Source: Azolla caroliniana
Taxonomy: Eukaryota > Plantae > Polypodiophyta
Reading direction: 5' to 3'
NCBI GenBank assembly: GCA_043228905.1
Contig: JBHGNT010000010.1
Location: forward strand, 6,076,001-6,140,000
Length of the DNA: 64,000 bases
Shown: in pieces, positions 41,401-51,746 of the stretch
Layout of the letters: each line of letters opens with the position of its first letter
Position numbering within the stretch: position 1 is the stretch's first letter
Translations under genes and position numbers: made by a program
The notes under the pieces: generated by a model
Told to the model about the DNA's origin: nothing
Database searches by the model: none
What the model saw: only the letters and a program-made list of their open reading frames with translations

Positions 41401-42759
41401 GTCTGCAAGCCTCTTCATCCCCTTCTCGCTCATATGACACAGCCTCTTGTGCCATAGCTCACCGGCAGTGTCGGATGCCACGTTCACTTCTTCCGGACAT
41501 AACCGGGCATTCATCAGGTACAATGTGTTGACCTTCCGGGCCCGAGCCACAATCAGGCTCCCTTTGTTGAACTTCATGACACCGTTCCGGATGCTACCCG
41601 TGTAGCCTTCATCATCTAGCCGGCCGGCTGATATCAGGTTCAGATGAACCTCCAGAACGTGTCAGACATCCTTCAACAACAACTTGCATCCGGTTGGTGT
41701 TGACAGCCACATGTCTCCTATGCCGACAATTCGGCATGTACCTTCATTCCCCATCCGGACACAGCTGTGATCACCGGCTGAGTAGGATGAGAAGCATTTC
41801 CGGTCTGGGGTAAGGTGGAACGACGCTCCGGAGTCGACCACCCAGGTCATCTCGTCGCCGGCAAGGTTTATCTCACTCTCCTCGGTGATGAGCATCAACT
41901 CTTCTTCACTTGCCGTGATTGCCGTCGTCCCCTTCTGGTCCGTTCCCCTCCGGTCTTTACCGTTCCGGTCCGGTATCCGCTTCGAATCGGTACCGTCGGT
42001 TTCCTTGTCTTTTTGGAAATGCCGACAGTTCTTTTGGAAGTGTCCTGGCTTGCCGCAATAGAAGCAAGTAGGCCTCCCCCTTGACTTTGACCGTGTCCCT
42101 GACTTTTCCTGGTTCTGGGGAGTACGGTTTCTTTGTCTTCCACGTTCCAATTTGGTAAGGAGCGCTTTGGGGTCGGAGCTCGTATCTTTATCTTTCCGAC
42201 GCGCCTCCTCATCTAGCAAGCTTGACTTTACTCTTGCTAGGGATAACCGTTTCCCTTCCGGCCCGGCGTTGCCCAAAGTGACAACCAACGTCTCCCAGCT
42301 ATCCGGGAGGGAACCGAGTAGGAGTAGCGCTAGTACCTCGTCGGCGAGAGGTACTTCCAATGATGTTGCCTGGTGTATCAGCCTTTGGAAGGCATTCATG
42401 TGCTCCGCCATGCTGGAGCCATCTTGGTACCAGAGTCTTACTAGCTTCCGGAATACTGAAACCTGATTAACAACATTTTTGTTTTGAAACATTATGCCGA
42501 TCTTCTCCCAGAGCTCATGAGCCTTGCTCTCTTCATTGAAGTTGTTGTATAGACTCATGTCGATGAAGCACCGAATGTACGCCGTTGTCTTCATGTGCAT
42601 CACCTCCCATATTGCGGCGTCGATTTTGTCCAGTCTCTTGTCCCCGAACTGGACCGGCAGCCAGAGGTCTTTAACCACGAGCATGTCCCTCATCTTCGAC
42701 TTCCACACCGAATAGTTGGAGCCGGTGAGCTTGAACATGCCTCCCAACGAGTCGTCCAT
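38482..42759 (-). pseudogene. Copia gag-pol polyprotein with stops, frameshifts and an internal duplication
   Basis: CFYCGKPGHFQKNC knuckle, WVVDSGASFH protease, LWHKRLCH/VHTDVC/ADNGGEY integrase, KSLYGLKQAPRQW/YVDD RT and SRSTSGY/STTEAEY RNase H. Confidence 0.93.
39551..40050. repeat. 250-bp tandem duplication inside the Copia RT region
   Basis: taccattgtcgggg...aagtccacgc at 39551-39800 and 39801-40050, with several substitutions between copies. Confidence 0.93.
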
Positions 42760-43062
42760 TTTCTGTGTCGTTTCGCTCTGATACCACTTGACAGGAACTA
42801 TACGCTCCCTATACGCAACGCTCGGCCACAACCGAGCTTAGAATCATCCACAGAAAAACGGGAAATAAATGCACGACACAAAGAAGAGAAGGGTACACAG
42901 GATGTTTACGTGGAAAACCCCAAACTAGGGAAAAAACCACGGCAGCCCACAGGCTGCAAACTATCACTATGTTAGAATGTACAACAGTGAGTTCACGGAG
43001 GCAACGACCTCATGCTCACGATCTTCGCCACAGGCGGCGGTTTCAACAGAGGTAGCGACCTT

Positions 43063-43096
<34 letters not shown>

Positions 43097-43495
43097 CACG
43101 GTTACGCTCTCTCTCTCTTCTTGCACCAACAAGAATAACAACAACTGTCTAAAAGTTTGCCCTAAGTCATATTTATACTAATATGACTTTTCGGCTATTT
43201 ACAAATATAGCCATGATGGACTCTTAGAAACATATTTACGAATATGTCTCTTCATCCGGTTCTCACCGGGTCTGCACCATCCGGCTCTCCGTAGCCGGGT
43301 ACTCCTCATCCGGTTTTCATCGGGCCTGCACCATCCGGCTCTCCGTAGCCGGGTACTCCTCATTCGGGTCTCACCGGGTCTGCACCATCCGGCCCTCTGT
43401 AGTCGGGTACTCCTCATACGGTTTCGGCCTCGGCCGAGTTTGTTCATCAACACTGTTCTTCTCCCTTCCCATCCGGAGGGACTTGTCTCCCAACA

Positions 43496-44360
43496 AGTTG
43501 TACATCTTCGGTTCCTCGCAAATAGCTAAAGATATTCTTGATAGCTTCCCAATGCATCCATCTAGGTTTGGACATATACCGACTGACGACCCCTACCCCA
43601 TATGCAAGGTTAGGTCGGGTCGCCACCATTGCGAACACGATACTCCGTACGACCGATGCGTAGGGTACTTTCCATTGAGCTCTCTCTCCTTATCAGTCGA
43701 AGGAAAGTTCCTATTCGTTAATCGTGTTGATGTTGGGGGCGGAGTTGGTGCGGACTTAACATTCTCCATGTTATACCTTCTAAACACCTTCCAGATATAA
43801 TCAGACTGGGAGAGTCAAAGAGTCTTTGTCATCCCATTTTGCTCGATCCTCATGCCAAGATATGTTAGACTTGTCCGAGTTCCTTCATCGAATATTTATC
43901 ATGAAGGCTCTGCTTTAGTCTTTTGATTTATTCTTGATTGTTCCCGACAATCAGCATATCGTCAACATACAAGATTCGGTAGATCCGGGACTCATCGGTC
44001 AATAGCCGGATGTACATGCATGCAGAGTTTGACCGGTTGTAGCCAAGCTGCCAGATGTAGGTATCGAATGTCTTATACCACATTCTTAGCGCTTGCTTGA
44101 GGCCATATAGGCTCTTCTTTAGATTGCACATGAGGTGACCTTGCTCCCACATTTCCATGAAGCCGACTCATTGAGACATATAGATGTCTTCATCTAGATC
44201 TTCGTGAAGGAAGGCTGTTTTGACATCTAGCTATTCAAACTCTAGTTCTTCCGTCGCCATGACCCCGAGAACGATCCGAAGGGTGGTCATTTTGACTACC
44301 GGTGAGGTTTTTGTTTGAAACCTTTGGCGATGAGCCGAGATTTGTACTTGGGTCGGTCGG
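43496..44360 (-). mobile_element. Old Ty1/Copia remnant, RT part
   Basis: KYKSRLIAKGFKQ, LKKSLYGLKQALRMWY, LYVDDMLI and ATRPNLAYGVGVVSRYMSKP..HWEAIK; heavily frameshifted. Confidence 0.88.
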
Positions 44361-44988
44361 AACCTAACACACGCTTGTTAGTTGGTTTGAGTCCATCGAT
44401 CGGCTCAGTTAGTTGACCGATATTTCTTGAACCGTCATCAGCAATCCTATTGGATGATTCGCCCTTGCAATAGGATTTCGGCAATGTAGAATAGTCTTCC
44501 CCTTCTTCGGGATTGATTGACAGAGGTGTTGATGCCTTGGCTGGCTCGACTCTATGTGTTGGTCGATACGTTAGTCGATTTGGGTGAGTTGGTCGATTCG
44601 ACTCTGTGTGTTTCAACTTTGCCATTTTAAGCTTTGCCTTGGTTAGACGATTTGGCTCTTTCCGATCGTTATCCTTTGGTGTTAATAATTAGGTAATTAA
44701 GCAAGGGTTAATTAGTACCTAATTATGTGATTAAGTTAAGCGGAAGATTAAATGATATGTGTGTGAGAGGAAGAGAGAGAGCAGTGCACTTATGAGCAAC
44801 AAAGATGGGGGATGATTAACTCTATATTAAATTAGCATCATCAAATACAAAAATACCCACAATGAGGTATATATACAACTCATGTGCAACGGTGCACATG
44901 TGTGAGTAGAACATAGGTACAAGGATGTGCGTCGTATATATTCACTATACTTGGTAGTGGAGGATCTTGATCGTATCCCCACTTACGT

Positions 44989-45700
44989 TGTTGTGGAGAT
45001 TCACAGCCATAGTGAGAAAACCGGGGCTGCTAGGAATATTGGCGGGGTGCGGCGTGAGCACTCACCCTTGTATAAACGTGTAGGATAATGGAGGTGTCTT
45101 TATGGGACCAAATAAGAGTTAAGTTGGGATAGAGAATCCCATGTAATACGGGATTTATCCCACATTGCTAGGCACCTCCCTCCTTGTGCTATAAAAGGAA
45201 GGGAGGGTCCCTTGTAAAAGGGTTGCCCAGTTTGAGTTAGGGGGGTATACCACTAATTGGTCTAAAGTATGGTAGCTTTTCTCTTCTTTCTTTCTTTCTT
45301 CCTTCCTTCCTTACTTTCTTCAGGGTTTTATCTAGGTCTTCTACTTTGTCATCATGTGGTTTGAGTCTTCGTGTCTGTTTAGGGTTTAGTCTAGTTAAGA
45401 GCTTGTATGTCCTAAGGGGTTTTCGCTTCTGCTTTGTCTTCTGTGCAAGACCCCGCTCGGTGCGATGAGCTTGAGAGCTCCCCGATCGGCGGCTTGGCAC
45501 CAGACTGCTATTGTAACCTAACTTCCCTTAGTCTGGCTCGAAGTCAGAGTTGTATCTTGCTCTTATCCATATATAGTGAAGTTCTATACATCTGTGTTTG
45601 TGTCTGCGTCTTCAGAGTTTCTTCTTTCCTTTACTGTACATAAGTAGCATGTGTTGAGCCGGTGTTGCACGTATGCTCTCTCTCTCTCCCTCTCTCATGT
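44989..45700 (+). mobile_element. Diverged LTR-like sequence, family X copy 1 (right edge uncertain)
   Basis: Starts tgttgtggag; shares catagtgagaaa, aatcccatgt, ctataaaagg and gtgcaagaccc blocks with the copies at 50017 and 57135. Confidence 0.65.
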
Positions 45701-45727
45701 TAGATAGCCTCTACTACGCATCCAGAA

Positions 45728-46654
45728 TTGCTCAGGTTTGCGCCACAGCCGGCGCAGGCAAGACCGGACAGAGTCGGTCTCCTAGCATCCATCTCTTCCA
45801 TCTTTGGTGAACCCGATGTGAAAGGGCGGCAATGGAGGATGGAGTTGGAAGACGAAGACTTCGCGGAGTTGGTGGCCGAAGTGGTGATGGAGCTTGGACG
45901 AGTGATGATGAGACGAGAAGCGGCGCAGCAAGCTATTGAGCGAGTGGTCGAAAGAATCAGCAGTTTCAACGGGGACAAAGTCCCATTCTACTTGGAAGCC
46001 TACAACGCGAAAATGGAGGTGCGAGCTATGGACGAGGTGTTGAGGTTGGAGTTCTTCCGTTAGGTTGTCGCAGACTGTATGCAGGCGGAAGTAAAGGAGC
46101 TCCGAAAGGCTCAGAGTTCGTGGGGGGCCTTCAAAGAGGCGCTCCTGTAGGCATACAGAGGACGGCTGAAGAGCCGGGGACGACGCGAATTCGACTAGTG
46201 GGTTGCATCGGGGACGACCCACCGGGGCGCAACGAAGGCGTTCGGAGAGTTCGAGTGGCAGCTTGCTCGGCTCCAAGAGCAGGAACAGAGATGGGTGGGG
46301 ATGGACAAAGTCCTTTTGTTCGTTAGGTTGATCGACCAAGCGGAACGGGAGGCCATCAGAATTGAGCTCGAAGACGATGACGGAGCGAATGGCCTTACTG
46401 AGGACTGGTTGGATGAGGAGCGGTCCGTGAAAGGTAAAGGGAAGGTAACGCGCGACGGTGCGTCATCACAACAAGGATCAGGCACGCAACAAGAAAGATT
46501 GGCGAAGCTTCATGTCGAGGCCCTAGTCCGGGAAGTGTACAAGGCTCTGAAGGAGATGGTCAACGAGCTGCCCTCTTTGCATGGGAAGAAAGTTCGGGCA
46601 GAAGATGGTCGAGGGTACGGAACGAGTCCGGACTCGGAGGGATCGGCATCATAG
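45728..46654 (+). pseudogene. Degenerate retrotransposon gag-like region
   Basis: FNGDKVPFYLEAY...WGAFKEALL capsid-like motifs, interrupted by stops, directly after the LTR-like sequence. Confidence 0.55.
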
Positions 46655-46849
46655 CCGAAACTCCAGACATTGGAGAATCAAGCCCAGGTGGGGCTTGATC
46701 GATGATAGAGCGGATGCTTTTCACTGACACCAATAAAGGGTCAGTGGCCTCGGACAAGTCGTCGGGAGTCGTTTCAGAATCGTTATCCCCACATCTCATC
46801 CGGACACTCCAGTAGCCGGCCCGGTAGCCGACCCGGTAGCCGGCCCGGG

Positions 46850-48715
46850 AGCCGGCATGAGACCTAGAGAGAAGGAAGACGGCGGCGGGAGCACAAGAAG
46901 GGGGACGACAATGAGTCCGAGAGAAGTACTACGGAAGTAGAGGAACGAAGACCGGTCCTATGGGTCACCTCACACTGGGCTAGAGACTTTGGTGGTCGGC
47001 CCGAGAGCCGGCATGAGACCTAGAGAGAAGGAAGACGATGACGGGAGCACAAGAAGGGGGACAACGATGAGTCTGAGAGAAGTACTACGGAAGTAGAGGA
47101 ACGAAGACTGGTCCAATGGGTCACCTCACACCGGGCTAGAGACTTTGGTGGTTGGCATCAGATATGACGTAAGACCAAGATACTAACGGTGGTGGTAGGA
47201 GAACGAGATCCAGTAATGCAGAGAGCAATCGGATGAGCCCAGATGAGAACCAGACGGAGCGGACTTCCGGATAACCGATCCAGAAGGAGAAGGAAGCAGG
47301 CCTACGGAGAGGCTGCGAACGCAGTACATTGGTACCACGGGAGAGGGTGCACCCTCTTGACATGCGGAGGAGGACGACCCGGGACAGGGTCGGGAAGGAC
47401 GAGAGGCCCGAGAAAGATCCTCCACACCGGGCTAGAGACTTCGGCGGTCGGCATTGGATCTGACATAAGACCAAGACATTGACGGTGGCGGCGAGGGGAC
47501 GAGGGCAACAACAACAGTGGAAGGCGAGTGGGGTCCGACGAGGGAACCGAAAGAGCGGAAAGGAGGTATAAGGTCAGGGACGCAGCCACGAACCAGAACT
47601 AGACCCGATCGACGGGGTCAGCAGAACGAAGACATGATGTGCTTGGTGCACAAGTCGGTGGCCTAACGGATCGTAGGCTCGAGAAGGATCCTCCACACCG
47701 GATCTAGAGACTTCGGCGGTCGGCGCTGTGATCCGACGTAAGACCAAGAGACTGACGGTGACGGCGAGGGGACGAAGGCAGTAGCAGCAAAGGCACCGAG
47801 CAACCAAGGCGTCACAAGGACAATGGAGGCCATGCGAGCCAAAGGACAAGGGTGACCCTGCATGGGTAGCTACCCAGAAAGCTACCAAGGACACCCAAGC
47901 GGAGAACGGTGTGCCGAGCTGGAAAGGGCACACCCGGAGGCAAATTGAAAGGCATGCGTGTGGCCACTAAGGGGTTGGGTAGCGCGCACGGAGGGGATTG
48001 ATGGTGACAAGGAGAAACGGTAAAGGCTGGTGATTGAAGTATGGGTCCTCCACACTCGTTCCCGAGTCTTAGGCGGTTGCGTCTAAGAACCAACGGAAGA
48101 CCTAAGAGACGGAAAGTGGTGGTGAGGAAGCGGAGGTCATGGCCAATAGAAGTGACGAGCGGAGGAACGAAGACCGGTCCTATGGGTCACCTCACACTGG
48201 GCTAGAGACTTCGGTGGTTGGCATCGGATTCAATGTAAGACCAAGATACTGACGATGGCGGCAGGAGAACGGGACCCGACAATGCAAAGTGACAGACGGA
48301 CCTGGACGAGAACCGGACGGAGTGGACTTCCGGATAACCTATCCGGAATGGAGGAAGAGGCAGGCCTACAGGAAGGCTGGAACACCCAAGCGGGGAGCAA
48401 TGTGTCGAGCCGAAAAAGGGCACACCCAAAAGTGGAATAGAAGACGTGCGCGTGGCCATTGAGGGCCGAGGTAAGAGCATGGGGAAAGACCGGAGTTCGG
48501 CACAGGCAGTGCTGAGCGAAGGAGGAGAGCAGACTGAGCCTCTCACAAGGCAAGTCGAAGGTAGAACGACACACGGAGGTGCCAGGACGGAACCACGAGC
48601 GTTGAACAGATTGCACGGGTCGGTGGCCTCAAGTGAAGAAGGCCAGAGAAGGATCCTCCACACCGGTTCTGGAAACTTCGGCAGTTTGGCCATCGCGGCA
48701 ACGTAAGACCAAGGA
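46850..48715 (+). repeat. Imperfect repeat array: six copies of a ~55-bp core in variable-length units
   Basis: cacacyggKctagagacttyggyggtyggc, followed in most copies by taagaccaag, at about 46971, 47127, 47423, 47694, 48193 and 48659. Confidence 0.85.
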
Positions 48716-48794
48716 GAAGAAAGGTGGCGGCAAGGGGACAAAGGCAATAGCGAACAATGGCACCAAATGAGTAATCGGAAAAGAAGGTGAACAA

Positions 48795-50016
48795 ACTTGC
48801 ATCAAGAATGTCTTGCACGTGCCCACAATAACGAAGAATTTGGTCTCAGTCGTCCAAATCGTGGAGCAAGGCATGCAAGTCCGCTTCAACAACGAAGGTT
48901 GTTTCATCGAGAAAGATGGCCGACTCATAGCCAAGGGATGGGAGAGATGCCCAAATGTTCATCCTCGAATCGAACGAGGTGAAATCGGCAATGGACGCTA
49001 AAAGTCTCAAAACTGAGACAAGCATCGAGTTGTGGCACAAGAGAATCAGCCACATAAACCTCCAACGGCTTCGAGCTATGCAAACAAAGGGAGTTGTCAT
49101 CGGACTTCCAACATTTGAGTCGAAACGAGTAGACCGAGTATGCGAAGCGTGTCAACTCGGCAAATAACATCGACTCCCATTCCCGAAGGAGAGCCACATG
49201 AGCAAAGGCCTCCTCGACATCATACACTCGGATGTATGGGGACTGGCTCAAACGCCGATGATTGGCGGATGCCGATTCTATGTCACCTTCATCGATGACT
49301 ACTCGCACTAAGTGTGGATCTTCCCGATGAAGAAGAAGAGCAAAGTGTTCTCCCACTTCCAAAAGCTCAAGGGGCAAGTCGAAAAAGAAACCGGTTGGCA
49401 GATTCGATGCCTACGATCGGATGGAGGAAAGGAGTACTTCTTCGACGAATTCACCTCCTACCTCCAAATTGAAGGCATTCGAAGAGAATTCTCGTGCTGA
49501 CACACCCTCCAACAAAATGGAGTCGCCGAAAGGAAAAATCGGCAAATACTCGAGGTAGTGCACACACCATGATACATGAGAAGCACATGTCGAATTTCTA
49601 TTGGGCCGAAGTGGCATCCACGGCCGTCTATCTCATGAATCGATGCACCACTAATGGAGATCATGAGCTAACTCCATACGAGCTCCATGTCAGAAGGAAG
49701 CCGATCCTGTCGCACCTCAAGGTTTTTGGAAGCATTGCGAATGTACGCATCCCGATCGAACAACGAGAGAAGCCCAACGCGATGTCGGAGGAATGTATTC
49801 TCACATGATACTCGTCCAAGAAGAAGGCATACAAGTGCTACAATCCTTCTACCTGAGCGGTTCGTGTAAGTCGAGACGTACTCTTCGACGAGTCCGCATC
49901 CTGGTACACACTAGCGACAACTTTGACTTCGACTCTGCTCAACCCGGAATCTGCCGAACAAGAGGTAGAAAATGGAGATTTCTTCGAACACATGTTCAAA
50001 GAAAGTCTGATTACGG
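48795..50016 (+). mobile_element. Decayed Ty1/Copia GAG-pre-integrase and integrase fragment
   Basis: VLHVPTITKNLVSV, LWHKRISHINLQRL, VCEACQLGK, LRSDGGKEY and WAEVASTAVYLMNR; ends abruptly at the next LTR. Confidence 0.88.
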
Positions 50017-50729
50017 TGTCGTGAAGTTTCCAGCACATAGTGAGAAACCGAGAGATATCGGAAGAATCGGCGGAGTGCACCATGTGCACTTACCCTTGTA
50101 AAACGTGTGAATAGTAGGAGTAAAATCGGGACAGAGAATCCCATGTGAGTTGGGATTTATCCCACATTGTAACGCATCCCTCTCCTTGTTCTATAAAAGG
50201 AAGGGATGGTCCCTTGGAGAGGGGTTGCCCATTTTGAGTTAGAAGGGTATACGACGTAGGTCTAGGGTTTGGTAGTTTTCTTGGTCTTCATCTCGTTCTT
50301 ATTCTTAGGGTTTCTACTTTGGTCTTTGTCAAGATTCGAACTCTTGACACGACCATGTTATAATCTACTATTATGAGTTAACCAAGATATCTAGTACTAG
50401 TTATGTATGTAATTGGTCCTTATTATTTTGCTAGCATCATGTGCTTAGTTGCTCCCTTGTAGTATTTACACTTGGCACATGCATGCATACCTACATGCTC
50501 TATTGTAGATTCACATGTGTGCAACAAGTATGCATGCCATGTAGTATAAATAGAGGAGTTCACCTTGAAGGAATTCAAGGTGAACAACACCAGTTATGGA
50601 GTCTTTCCTTTAGTACTATCTTCTTTCTTGTCCATTTGGTTATCTTCTTGGTTGTCTCTTGAGTTTATGATCCGTGACAGTTTGTTCACCTTCCCATCCT
50701 CATAGCTCTCCCTCTCATAAGCCATAGCT

Positions 50730-51746
50730 ATGTCCGACTCAACTAGTGAGTTAGGCCAAATAATGGTAGCCTTACGACAACTACAGCTTGAAAATGAAGC
50801 TCTTCGAAATTCTTTACAAGAACTTCAAGTCGGTACCTCCCTATCCTCACAACCCCCGAACCCTAGTCTCCCACAACAACCTAACCTAGAGCCCGATCTT
50901 CTACCAACATCTAGCCTAGCTTCGTCACAGTTTCTTGAGCCTAAGGTTAGCCTCCCAGAAAAATTTGATGGAACGAGGTCGCGTTTCCGAGGGTTCATCA
51001 ACCAAGTTCGACTTATCATTCGGCTACAACCTCAACGTTATGGAGATGGTCTTCGACAAGTCGGCCTTGTGGGCACCCTTCTCTCCGGTCCGGCCCAAGC
51101 TTGGTTTGCACCATTGGTAGAAACCTCATCACCTTTATTGGAGGACTTTCCCGCCTTCCTCGCCGAGTTAGAGGCCACATTTGGAGAGACGGACCGATGA
51201 CGTACAACTCTTAACAAGATTTATGCACTCGAACAAGGTTCACGTGCAACTTCGGTCTATGCTTCCGAATTTCGACAACTAGCATGCAACGTCAATTGGG
51301 ATGATCAAGCTTTAGCTGATCACTTTCGCCGCGGTCTTCGAAGCAATGTCAAGAATCTTCTCTTAAACTTTCCGGAGCCCACCTCGTTATCCCAAGCGAT
51401 TTCACAAGCAGTCCATTGTGACAATCGTCTTTTCGAATTTCGCCAAGAAGAGCACCGGACTTGGGTTCCACCTCATTCACTTCCATGCCACGCCCCGGTC
51501 ATACAACCCCAAGCATCCTCACACTCGCCTACTTCGACAGATGCTCCTGTCCCCATGGAAATTGATCAAGCCCGATTTCGGCCATTGACTGATGTTGAAC
51601 GACAATTTCGGCGGGTTAATGGCTTGTGCATGTATTGTGGCGCCTCCGGTCATGTCGTTCGCCATTGTCCTAGGAGTACTCACCCACAATTCCATCGAGC
51701 TAACGGACCCCAACATCCGGAAAACGACATCGTTCGGTTGCAGTAG
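50730..51746 (+). pseudogene. Gag of chromovirus B with an in-frame TGA at 51198-51200
   Basis: PEKFDGTRSRFRGF, PMEID and CMYCGASGHVVRHC; clearly homologous to the gag at 33308. Confidence 0.92.

Larger units (their letters stand above)
32164..43495 (-). mobile_element. Ty1/Copia LTR retrotransposon, full length but decayed; 5' LTR 42789-43495, 3' LTR 32164-32778
   Basis: TSD AGTTG on both sides; tRNA-iMet PBS (reverse complement of tggtatcagagc) at 42775-42786; polypurine tract (PPT) at 32779-32790; gag-protease-integrase-RT-RNase H order on the minus strand. Confidence 0.95.

Noticed and set aside
46850-48715. CRISPR-like repeat-spacer array
   Set aside because: Eukaryotic TE context, degenerate repeats, long unequal and mutually homologous spacers, and no cas genes.
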